Shown here piece by piece: positions 9,549-21,173 of a DNA stretch of 64,000 nucleotides (positions within the stretch are counted from its first letter, which is position 1; each line of letters opens with the position of its first letter). The notes under the pieces were generated by a model that saw only the letters and a program-made list of their open reading frames with translations, was not told where the DNA came from and ran no database searches. Source of the DNA: Magallana gigas (lineage: Eukaryota); assembly GCF_963853765.1 (NCBI RefSeq), contig NC_088854.1:43028001-43092000 (forward strand). Reading direction: 5' to 3'. The position numbers were made by a program, and so were the translations under genes.

Positions 9549-12500
9549 ATGGATCCGTACCTCTATAAGACGCTTAAAAATTGTGATGCCAAGCGTTGTT
9601 GGGCACTAGTGAAAAATGTCATCGGCGTTCAATTAATAGGTTAGTCCATTCAATTACAGAATTTAATAAAGACAAACTGAATAATTCGACCAATGCTACA
9701 ATATTCGAATTATTTTATTGTATCATAATAATGCGCTTTAGTATTTTCAGTAATAAATGCACTAGTGTGTTTAACATTTTGTTTTTCGCAGATGATGACG
9801 TTATCATGGTACCTTTTTTACAAGAGGGACTGCATTACGATCTTAGCCGTGTCGTAATCAAAGAGGAGAGGTCTCCAATGCAAAAACTGGCACGGGTGGC
9901 TCCAGGAGCGATCTCTGTCGGAAAGCTGACGGATTTTGTCAAGGATGAAGTGATCCCCGGCACGTTTAATAGGCTTAGTGAAGTACAAAAGGTGGAAACC
10001 ATCCACAACCAACGCTACGTGTTCGAAGAATCCGATATGAAGCACGGCGTGAAGAAAACTGTTCGAGTGGAGATTCTCGGTTGTGACCACTATACCTTGT
10101 GGAGCAATCCTGAATGCAACAGTCTGGTGGTGGATTTCGACAACAGAGGTAACATTCACACAGTTTCTGTGTAGACTTCTTAGTATTCTTGTATTTATCC
10201 ACTTATTTTTACATTTTCCAGTGTCTATGTCTTTGATAACACTACGAATCGATTTTGAAATGTATAGTCCAATACTTTTCATCGATGACTATTTCGTTAT
10301 TTAAAATTTACATGCAGTTGCTGAAAAATATAAGTAAATTAAATAAGGAATCATTCTTTAAATTTTATGAGGTAATCGAAGACGATCGGAGGTGGTGAAA
10401 TCTAAAAACCTTAAATATGAGCTTTATTGGAATTGATCACCTCCGACCGTATATAAACAACTCATAATACTGATAGACGATTCCTTAAAGGGACTTGGAC
10501 ACGATTTGAGATCAAAAAATTTATTTCTATTTTTTATGTATAAAATGGTTTACTTGTGCATTTTAAATGATTGACCAAAATATTAAATATTAAAGTCAAG
10601 TTACAAACGAGATACAGAGGTAAGAATTGATAGTTATGTAAACAAAGCTCGAGTCTTATAGTTGTTTACAAAAATGTAATGTAGAATTTTACCATTTCTT
10701 AGACAAAATGACATGTAAAAAACAATTTAAACTAATTCAATATCTTCATAAATACTATTATCAACAAAAGAAAGTTACATTTGATTAAAACTTACATCAA
10801 TACAACACATATGTAAAAATGACAATATTCGAGCTTTGTTTACAACACAAAGAATTATGAACTCTGTATCTTGCTTATAACTTGATATTTTAGCTTCAAA
10901 ATTTTACATAGTATTATAAACTTCTATATTTATCAGTATAAACATTGAAAATGGAAAAACAAAATTTGAAAATTTTAAGTCAAATCGTGTCCAAGTCCCT
11001 TTAATCCTTGAATTTCCGTGTATTTTAAAGCTTTATATCTTTACATTTATCATTATATTTATCCACCTTGCAAACTTGAACATAATGATTTTAAGCGTCT
11101 TAAATTGAAATAACTGGTATAAAACTGTAGTTTTGCAACCATCAGATCCATAAATATGCTGTGAAGAATTGTATATCAATATTGTCGTTGAAGTTTGTAT
11201 CGTCAGCGAAAAACAATCAAGAACATGCATTAATTAATAAGCATTTGTTAGGACGATGTTTTTGACCTTGAATTTTACGTAATACTGTTCCTATTCACGT
11301 TCGCTTTACCTGAAACGAAAAGATTTGGGCCTTGTCATTGCCAATTGTTAACGGCATCAAAAGCCTACATAATGTTCAAATGTTTGTTTTTATCATGAAA
11401 AATGGGTGTGTGTTGCTTTACTATAACGTTTTCACAAATTCACTCGTTTTCTCCGAACTCGCATTTTTTTTCTCGTTGACGCGGTCAGTATCATTGTTTT
11501 AAGAAATAAATACCAACTTTTCTGGGAAAAACAAATGGTGCAATTAAACTTCAAAAGGTGTATATTTTATTATCTTATTTTAGTGTTATTTTTAACCAAA
11601 TTGGCCTTTCCAATGTTTTTCCCCAGTTGGTCTAGTGCAAGTATGTGTAAAATTCATATAAAGTCAAGAAAAAAAATCCCCTACAAATCCAAAATATTTG
11701 CATTTGATTGTTTAAAAAAAATCTTATACGTGTCCTTTAAGTAATTTTGAAGGCATTACTGGAAAAAAATATAGATCTTACATATATACACGTAGTCATT
11801 TGGAAGGCGTTATTGGAAAAAAATATAGATCTTACATATATACATGTTGGACATTAACATACATATCTCATGTATTGGCAACTGATATATTGTAGGATTC
11901 CCCTATGTGAAGAAATTCTACCTGATATATGACGCGTTCTACGCTCACCACGTCAAAGTTCACGTCCGTATCAACGACGAGGTGGACGAGTTCTGCGTCA
12001 ACCAGCACATCCCGATCGGCTTCCGATTGAAGCGCTACACGATCAAGCCCAATGGGCTGATCGGGCCCATCAAAGATATCACCAGCAGCGAGTGGGACGT
12101 CCACTGGATCAAGAGCTCCATGTTTAGGAACCCCATGGATGCCCTTCCCAGAGTTCCTGACTCAAATGCTCCTAGCACAAGTAAGTGGACATACCTTTTT
12201 TTGGTTTATCAATTCTTTAATAAATGTATAATGATAAAAAAGAAACTGATTTGAAGGCTTTGAAAACAACGCTAATGAATTTTTGGTAGGCAAAATGTAT
12301 AGCTAAATTGATATACAATGAAAAAATGGGTTATAAAATCCCGTTTGGGATATTATACCCAAAACGGGATATTCTCATGCAAATGTGTACAGTGCAAACA
12401 TGGAAATTTCTGGTGTGTTAAGAATGTGGCAAAAAAGCATTGTAATAGATAAAATGAAACAACTCTTTTGTACTCTGACTGTTTAAGGAGCTAGAGTGAT

Positions 12501-14859
12501 CCCTCGGTAGATCCCAAACTTCTTGGGTATCAATCTTAAAAACTTATAGAAAACATCCTTACCAATTACGTTGTGCATCTGATAATTGACTAGTATGTTT
12601 ATGCGGCTTAATATGCTAACATGGTAACATTTTGGAAACCTTTGTCGTCAAAAATATGATATGAAATAGCGGTAGTAGAATAAGTATGGCATGATTAGAT
12701 AAATATAATCAAAGTTATACGTTGACGTTTAAATTTGGGGGGAAATTGTGGGGTTGGGTAATTTGGAGTTCAGTTGTTAATGGAGAAGAAGCTAAAGTCG
12801 GAGAGCACCAAAAGTCAGACGTTTTTCTATAACAAGAACAACAATATTAAATATATTCATAGACAGGTTTACTACCATTAGACAAAAGGAAATAACATAC
12901 ATTGTTATACTTTCATGTTAAATACTGAAATCTGATTGGTTAAGACGCAGTTAATAATATTTACTATTACCCTAAGCGTTAGCAACGCACTTGGCAACGG
13001 GTAACATTAAAAAATGTTACATGCGCGAAAATTATGCGCGTACGGTTCGCTGTAGAATTCACGTTATTCCTATATAAAAGCAGTAAAATTTTCTTAAAAA
13101 TTTTAAAAAAGACATTCAGTATAACAAAATAAATAGTGCCTGTTTGGGAGGATAACAGTTGAAATTGACACCCCTCGAAAACCATTGTCAACCTCCGCTT
13201 CGCGTCGGTTGACAATGGTTTTCTCGGGGTGTCAATTTCAACTGTTACCCTCCCAAACAGGCACTATTTATATAATATAAGCATGTTAAGGATGTGATAT
13301 GAACTTTGTTGGTCACGTGATCAAATTACATGAAGCTTGAAGGCTCCCCAAAAGGTTTGACCACATACCATGGTTGGGAAAGACGACTTTATCAAAAATT
13401 ATTTATATGTCTATTTATATACACAACGAAGCATGACACAAACCATAAAAGGTTATGATGGTCATTTTGACGTCTTATTTTGACATTAGCCCATGAAAAA
13501 GTTCACCAGGATATAAAAAATTTTTTGACCCTTATCACTTCTCATTAAAACAAATATTTTCAAATGCAAATACATGTAGAACTGTTTTAACAAGACCTTG
13601 GACTTTCGGTAGTATGTTACTATCTATTTCTTGCGCCAAAACAAGTAAAAAAATGACGCTGGTTTGAAGTGAAATATACACCGATTGCGTAGTCTTAGCT
13701 CAAAAGCCGTTTTCAATGAGCTATGGCTGAGTGGCCAGCAATTAAATAGACAGGGCTACGTCACATTGATGTTTGACACAACTACCCAAAGTCCAAGCTC
13801 CTGTTTATGTAAAATAAGACTTTTTTTCTTCATCAACAGGTCGAGCCCGATGAAGTTTTTCAGCATCTTGGATTTTCCATTCCGTCATATAATTTGTACT
13901 TTTATCTAACAGCATGTAAAAATAAATCTTAACATTTTACTTTTCTTTTCTTTCAATTCCATTTACATTCAAATACATTTTAAAATCTACAGCATCCCGA
14001 TTCTGTTTCATTTACAATGTATGTTTCTTAAAATCATATACATTGTAATAGGCATGCGCGATTACATTCCATTCTCAATAATTATTTGTAGAAGTGTGAT
14101 TTAAAGTAAACATTTGTTTTAATACATTTGAATTAATGTGTTAGAATTTTTTTTGGAATTTACCCTTGTGTCAGAAGACAGCTTCTTTACCCCCTCCACT
14201 TTCTCCATTTAATGCTTTGAACTTGCAAGTTCAGATGATTTAAGATTGTTTAGAAGATAACGTTTCTGAAGCAATTATTTTGTGGATTTACTAGAATTAC
14301 AAAGAAACTAAATTAATGTTCATTTAAAAACGTTTAATTCTAAGACTTTTAAAATAGAATTAACTTATTGTAGTAAATTATGTAACCATACACCAAGAAA
14401 CGATATAAAGTCCGTTCACAAAAAAAATTCTATAAGAAAATGTCAAATTGTTTTGCTAATAGTATTAGTTAATTAGAATTTGGATGAGAGAACACGAAAT
14501 AAATGAGAATTGGGTGCAAGAACACTGGGGCCATGCATATGTAATATAGCTTGTCGAGTGAGGGTGCCTGAGGCTGTATATATGTAAACCACCGGTGTAC
14601 ACACGGTCAAAGGTCTCTCATCTATCATGCTAAAGAATATATATACAATGAAATGTCAAAAAACATTAATAACCATACTGACAAACATACAGTTCCGAGG
14701 CACAAAGAACAGGGATCCTATTCGAAAGCAAGGCCAACGCGGTTCTTAAATCGTTTATACCAGGAGTATAGTAGCTGGTGCCACATGGATTTGGATCACG
14801 TGTTTTGGTGGAGCGGCCGGACGGGGGCCACAAAAATAATACAAAGCCATAAAAAATGA
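9549..14859 (+). CDS. Gene B: gasdermin/pejvakin-like protein, ~299 aa, 4 exons; paralogue of gene A
   Basis: Exons 9549-9639, 9792-10148, 11896-12180 and 14693-14859 total 900 nt with all junctions in phase 1; AATAAA at ~15022. Protein MDPYLYKTLKNCDAKRCWALVKNVIGVQLIDDDVIMVPFLQEGLHYDLSRVVIKEER...EFCVNQHIPIGFRLKRYTIKPNG.... VPFLQEGLHYDLSRVVIKEER aligns without gaps to recalled PJVK [21 protein letters not shown]. The last exon is less certain. Confidence 0.72.
10489..11000. mobile_element. Kolobok-like MITE (512 bp) with TTAA target-site duplication
   Basis: TTAA|AGGGACTTGGACACGATTTGA ... TCAAATCGTGTCCAAGTCCCT|TTAA: a perfect 21-bp TIR. TTAA TSD with purine-purine termini is typical of Kolobok. 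Confidence 0.8.
12905..13275 (+). mobile_element. ~370-bp non-autonomous element ending in a long hairpin (copy 1)
   Basis: Near-identical to 46734-47103. Terminal stem-loop at 13129-13271 has ~65-bp arms and loop TCCGCTTCGCGTC. Confidence 0.85.
13588..13806. mobile_element. MITE of the AACAAG..CTTGGACT family
   Basis: TIR AACAAGACCTTGGACT / AGTCCAAGCTCCTGTT. The interior is the reverse complement of the 22861 and 58704 copies. Confidence 0.65.
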
Positions 14860-15908
14860 ACAGGGACGACAAACACTCTAGCTTATTCATACATGTATGC
14901 CTTGTTTTATGTTTGACGCATGATCACAGCAGACAAACAGCGAATTTACTCAGAGACTACACTTTTATTACGCGCGACAGGCTGCTCCCTTTTTAATGAC
15001 GGTGGAAAAACAGGGAAGTCAATAAAATGATACTTGACATTTTGTTCTTTGATATATTCAGAAAAGACACACATTGTAGTTAGAATTAGTTTTATTGCGG
15101 AAATTCAACAATAACAGTGTTTGAAGTAATACCTAGTAAATGATTCATCAATCAATTCGGCATGTTTTCACTCATATTACATGATGTCCTTGCATGGAAA
15201 ACATAAACAATCTGTCATTTCTACTGTCCAACTTCTTTTATTCTAACAGAGTTTCCTCGGTGCGTGTTTGTGGCTTACCTCATTTACAGGATAAGTGAAA
15301 GAGGACAAGCCAGAAAAAAAGCAATTAATACGTCAGACGAACAAAAAGACACATTACAGGCAAAGTCGACACCCTTGTCTCATTCCAGTAGGGGGATGTA
15401 ATTAGGATTTGTATGTACAGCGGGACCTTGATCATGTAGTGTACTATAAATACCATGTATTTCTATCACGTCTTAAGTGAAACACTAAATATACTTATCT
15501 AGCACATTTTTGTCGCCAATGGCCCGCTAAAGACTATCACTCTAGTCCATGCGTACACAAACGTGTATGTTTCTTAACTTGAATGTGTTTTTGTCAGTGT
15601 CATTTTTCCCCGGTCTATATTGATGACATTTTCGACATAGGCCCACAAGGTACAAATAATAACATATTTAATGTCTCTGTTCATAACAAGGTATAGAAAA
15701 ATTCACGTACTCCGCTAGGTTATCAATCACACGGACAAGAAAACATCTAATTAAGCGATTGGTTTTATGAATCAAGTTGCCCTAAAATCACACATCAATT
15801 AACTAAACAACATTGTACCCTGGATTTTTATGTACAACCATATAAACACGAGAACAAACAAAAACTCAGTCTTTGTTTTTCCTCACATCCGTATTGCGTA
15901 TAAGAATA

Positions 15909-17218
15909 CTAGCATCCACAGTTCGGTGGGGGTCGACAGTTTGACATTGGTCCTTGTTGATCACAGATACCTACAAAAAATAATGGGGTGTACTAGGAAT
16001 AGAAAAGATGGCATATTTGGTTACTAATTATTAAGTATGTTCACTACGAAAAAATCAACCAAATGATTTTATAAAATGGTATAGGCACACTGTCTAATCA
16101 ACCAAATGATTACATGCACGTATATGAGAAGAAAATAAGACAAACCTGGATGGCTGTTTGCGTTGCCTAGAAGACCTCTGTACTGGAGGAAGTTGATGGC
16201 CCGTGGGTTCATGTTGTACTCCACAAGGAATCTACAGAGGGTCTCCAGGTTGTACTGGGTCGTGATGAGGCCTAGCTCTTGTCCGTTCCTTACACCGTCC
16301 ATGTCAGAGTCGGCGAGACATAACTGTTCTGTAAATCTGTGGCCATTGGCGGCGAAGTCCTATAGAAAAATCGCAGTCGTGAAATATACTTAGTCTACTA
16401 AAATATGTGTTTTCATAATTGCCAACATTAATAATAACTGCTTCAATAAGATACTAACATTCAAAGTATATAATTATAACTCTCACGAATTGTTTAGATG
16501 TAAAGGTGTCCTATATTTTGATAATTTGATAGTCATCATTAAAGAAATTTGATTGTAAATTAAGGCTAAGGCATGTTGGTTTATAAGTGTTGTTCAACAT
16601 TATTGGCTATATTTTCTTGTAATAAATTTTGCATGGCGACCGACCTTTAGTTTAAGCATGCTAACAGACATTGAAAGTACAAACCGTTTTACAAAAGAAG
16701 TTTTATCTATAAATTATTTTAAGTAGTATTGTTGGAGGGGGGTTAAAATTATGTTTTTCCATATGGGAATATATGCAAAATGAATACAATTGTATTTTCG
16801 TAGAAATTCGTAAATTCAAAATCGAATGAAAATGTGTTCCCAAGTAGTATCAAGGAATTTACTAAATAAAAATAATTTTGGGTAATAAGTCGGATAAACA
16901 GAAAACGAAATTACTGAAACTATAAACTTAAACTGAGCGATCTTTGACACTGTCTTTAAAAAGAAACGTGTTTAAATAAAACTATTTTTTGGTGCGTTGC
17001 GAAAACAGCACCAAAAACCAAGGAAAAAATCATCTACTCACGGATCCAAATCGGTTAAGTTGGGTTCCAGTCGTGCTCGCGTGTCCGACTCTGTCCCAAG
17101 TTCTCCCCGGACAGCAGGGGTTGGGAACATTGTGTCCATTCAAAATTCGGTCCCTATATTGCGGTAAAGAGTGCACCAACGACACAAGTATACATCCTAG
17201 AACTGCGAAACGAAGCAT
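15909..17218 (-). CDS. Temptin-like secreted protein, ~150 aa, 3 exons
   Basis: Exons 17218-17042, 16359-16146 and 15970-15909. Signal peptide MLRFAVLGCILVSLVHS, then PQYRDRILNGHNVPNPC...VGH...LNRFGSDFAANGHRFTEQLCLADSDMDGVRNGQELG...SHPG. This is the temptin signature (IPNG.VPNPC, GVGH, N.FG.DF, LC..DSD.DG..NG.ELG, SHPG). Confidence 0.88.
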
Positions 17219-18371
17219 GTTGTCTTTTGGGAACCTCAGGGTAGACTAATGCTGTGATCACGGGCCGGCCGACTAAAAATACCTCTTCAGCTCCCCGCAG
17301 TTGATTCGTCCGTCTTATTCTGTGACGAGTTTTCTACCTTACCAGGATATGCGCAATCCCCGCCTGTCATTATAAGGTGACGGACGTCAATCAGGGATCA
17401 ACACAAGTCTGTGTTTACCCTTAGATATAATGGTAATTGCTCATAAAACCGCGGTCGGACTTCAATGTCTCGTTAATTCTACTGACTAGTAACACCTTCA
17501 GTCTTGTAAATAAGACTGTAATTAATTAAAGCGCTAGAAAGTTCACTTGAGATTTTTTAAACGATATAAAATTGTCATCCTTAGCTCACCTGAGCGGGAA
17601 ACTTTCCTGCCTAATGTATGTGGAGAGGAGGTGATAAAAGTGAAACCATCTTTGTTAAAATGACCGGAAATTCGTATAAAGAAAATTTGCATCTAGATGT
17701 ACAGTGCATACCCTTGGGTCGTAAGCATGCAGTGTATATAAGTGGTGTATACCCATTGATAGTCCTTGTATTCTATATTCATAATTCATACAATTTATAA
17801 TTTATATAAAGAAAAATATTGAAGCTCTGTTGTATTATATTACACAAAACACGTACATTCATTATATTATTTAAACTCTAAATCATTAAGTTCCTTTTTT
17901 TGAGAATGTCACGTGGACTTTTGATAGACCAGTGTACATTTTTTTTAAAAGAGTAGGGTGTGTCAAGTTAGAGAAAATCGATCGTTTGATACAGGCACAT
18001 AGCAACCGGTTTTGAAAGTGGGGGGGGGGGGGGGCGGCAGGCTCATCCCAAAAAAACCCTTGACAAGCAAAAAAAATAAAATAAAAATCGAAATCTTTCC
18101 AAAATCCTGAAAATCCTAATCCCGGGGAGGTTTACTTTTAACTTCAATTTCACTGTCCATTTCCTTATTTTTAATTCATTTTTTTTTACATGCTCCCTTA
18201 AAAGGGGGGGGGGCAACTCCATGTTATTTCAATTTTTTGGATGTAAATTTAAGAAAAATCTTTGCTGCGCAAAAAAGTGGGGGGGGGGGGGGGCAAGCCT
18301 GATTAAAAAGTTAAAGATACAACATTGATTGGAAAACTTTGGGTAATTATGCAGTCTTTAAAATACATGTA

Positions 18372-18794
18372 CAGGGTGTCCCAGAATATTTGATACCATT
18401 TTGAAATTCATATAAATTAAATAATGTTTGGCCAAAACATGTAAATTGTGACTCAATTAAAAGGTAGGATATTTTATTTTTTTCCTCACAAAAAAATTTA
18501 TGAGAAAAGCGTGCCTTTCATTGAAATATGATGTCACTAAATTGCATCATATTTCTTTGGTTGAATTGAATTTTATTCAAGATGAATTGGATAAGAGAGC
18601 AAGCGTCTTTCGTTTTATGTTAATTATAGCTGGGTTTTTTTTCATTTGTCAAAAACTTATGAATGTTTGTGAAATTTGTTGAGTGAAATTTACACCATAT
18701 ACAGTTATGAATATGCCTTTGATTTATTTGTAAAATAACTTTAATCAAAAGTTATTTGAACAGTAATTGGTATCAGATATTCTGGGACACCCTC
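18372..18794. mobile_element. Tc1/mariner-type MITE
   Basis: TA|CAGGGTGTCCCAGAATATTTGATACCA ... TGGTATCAGATATTCTGGGACACCCTC|TA: 27-bp TIR with 2 mismatches and a TA TSD. Confidence 0.8.
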
Positions 18795-18835
18795 TACTAT
18801 GTAACTAATGATTAAATATTGCCGAGGATAGAACC

Positions 18836-19105
18836 GTTTTAACAGCTAGAGCTCACACTTTCTTTCAGTATTCTAATTCGCGAAGAGAAGCTCATATTCA
18901 TGGACTGTCAAAATCGTTTTGCCAAGATCTGTTCTGTTGTGTGAAATTCACACAGTTTCAAATGAAATATACAGCCCTGGATGAGGCCGGTCAAAGTACT
19001 CCTATGTAATAGCCAACGACTGAACAGTTAACCACGGGTAGATCCCGTCTACATCAAATCGGAGTTTGTTACGTACTGCCCAAAGTCCAACGGCTCTAAA
19101 TATTC
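18836..19105 (-). mobile_element. Inverted degenerate copy of the 38613-38957 MITE
   Basis: The reverse complement shares TTGGACTTTGGGCAGTAC, GGTTAACTGT, GCTGTATATTTCA and CAGATCTTGG blocks with 38613-38957. Confidence 0.55.
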
Positions 19106-19816
19106 TGTGGTGGTGGTGGTTTTGTTGGAGAGAATGGATCAGTTTTAGTTTTTCATCGACAAAATTAAACGATTATCATTTGTGATATTGGTTTTGTATC
19201 AAGCTAGACAGTTTGCAGATGTTTGAAGTTTGTTTTAACCATATCGTTCATGTGGTGGTCAGCAAGAGGATACACTGAGTGATCATTTTAACTCAAAAAT
19301 ATACGACAGAAAACTTCTTGTTAACTATAATTTGAATTACAGTCCTCTTTAAGCAGAAAGGGACCAAAGTTATGTTCAATTTATCTCACAGAAATATGGA
19401 GGCGGAAATTTTACCTAAATCATGCCTAGAACCGTTATAATTTCTTCATACCACAATTCCTAAGAATCAGATAAGGGTCGCATTCGGGCATCTTCCCTAG
19501 TCAAGGGTGTCTGATCTGCACCTCACCTCACAAACTTGTGGGGAGCAGAGTGGACCGAAAACCCTTGGCTAGCGAAGATGGCATAAGGGGAAATGGACTT
19601 TCACTTGGACATACTGTGCATACACAAATAAAAATGAAATGAAATGTATGGAGGCAATAGTTGTAAGCTTATGTTGTTCGTTTTTATATAAAAGAAGGAA
19701 AGTCCTATCGATCTAAATGATTTGCGTAACTAGTCGTAATTTCATCTGATAAGGTAAGGCTATTCAGTTGTCTGTTAAGGCGAGCAATGTGGCCCACGGG
19801 CCTTTGTTTATATTTC

Positions 19817-19886
19817 TTTCTCTATTATTTAGAGCGTATACACTTTTTAAAAAGATATTGTGTATACTCTCTAAATAATAGAGAAA
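19817..19886. repeat. Short inverted repeat / hairpin
   Basis: 27-bp arms (TTTCTCTATTATTTAGAGCGTATACAC, 1 mismatch) with a 16-nt loop. Confidence 0.85.
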
Positions 19887-20119
19887 ATTAGAGGTGCACT
19901 CCCCCAATCCTTAACTGTTTTCAGATTCATTTCAACTACAACAGATTACCTGTGTTGAAATAATAGTAATCGTTTTTACATTTAAATGTTTTTTTTCCCT
20001 TCAAATGTTCTAGAAAATTGCACATTAACATAATGATCGCATTACAGACATTGACATTTAATGACAGATTAAGTCTCAAATTTGTAATAATACATCACTG
20101 TAATTCTATAAATAGTAAG

Positions 20120-21173
20120 CACAGGGGCATCGTATCCGCGCTACACTCTATGACATATATATAATAATACACAAGGGAAGAATCGAAAGTAGGACACGAT
20201 TTGTAAACAATGTCAAAAACAACTTACTTCACAAAAGTTACGCAAATCCTCGCACACATTGTTGCAAATGTTGTCAAAAAACACGTTCACACTCAAATAT
20301 TCCTAATAAACTCGGTAAAAAGCGTTTTTATCCCATTAAAACCGCTGTCTGCTGCAGAAACCCAATCTCTTCGCCCAAGAAAAGATAACTCTGTACTTTC
20401 TCTCTATATATGTTCAGTAATGATAGTAGAAATTTCGGCAGTAAACTGTGTAAAATGTCTGGGGAAATTTTCGTCGTATATGTTACTACCGTAAGCATAA
20501 TAAGTTAACATGCGTTCCGATAAATTTGGCATGTACTTTAATTAGCGTAATTTAAAAAACAAATTAATATATTTCCTATCATTTAATCTTTTGTAGAAAC
20601 GTAAATATACTAGGCTAGTAATTTGATATTGACAATTAAAACAATGCTGAAATTCTTAGGCAACGACAATTAATTTTGAAGGTTTAAATTGGAATAATTG
20701 CAAAGACAAAAAATGATGAATTATGAGTATTTTAATTATTGAATAAAAAAATAATATAATTTTTTTTTATGTGAACACCAACGTAGTTTTCCATTAACAT
20801 TTTAGAGAAGAAAAAAATATTTAAAATTTCCCCAGACATTTTACAGTTTACCGCCGAAATTTCTACTATCATTACTGAACATATAGAGAGAGAAAGTACA
20901 GAGTTATCTTTTCTTGGGCGAAGAGATTGGGTTTCTGCAGCAGACAGCGGTTTTAATGGGATACAAACGCTTTTTACCGAGTTTATTAGGAATATTTGAG
21001 TGTGAACGTGTTTTTTGACAACATTTGCAACAATGTGTGCGAGGATTTGCGTAACTTTTGTGAAGTAAGTTGTTTTTTGACATTGTTTACATTTCGTGTC
21101 CTACTTTCGATTCTTCCCTTGTGTATTATTATATATATGTCATAGAGTGTAGAGCGGATACGATGCCCCTGTG
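20120..21173. mobile_element. Foldback-type non-autonomous DNA transposon with a 7-bp TSD (P-superfamily-like)
   Basis: ~350-bp near-perfect TIRs (CACAGGGGCATCG...CGATGCCCCTGTG). Direct repeat TAGTAAG at 20113-20119 and 21174-21180. Confidence 0.85.

Noticed and set aside
12979-13215. Duplicated 78-aa 'MSTDAKRR...' ORF (also 46807-47043) as a small gene family
   Set aside because: It lies wholly within two copies of a hairpin-tailed repeat, starts inside the stem, and has no splice or promoter support.
14666-15908. Continuation of temptin into a DOMON/DBH-like monooxygenase
   Set aside because: The third exon ends in an in-frame TAG after CGC, and no DOMON or copper-monooxygenase motifs are visible downstream.
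16163-16393. + strand 76-aa ORF (likewise 28748-29053, 9818-10282, 11868-12104, 41366-41566, 48626-48931)
   Set aside because: Each is an antisense or off-frame shadow of a real exon on the other strand or frame.
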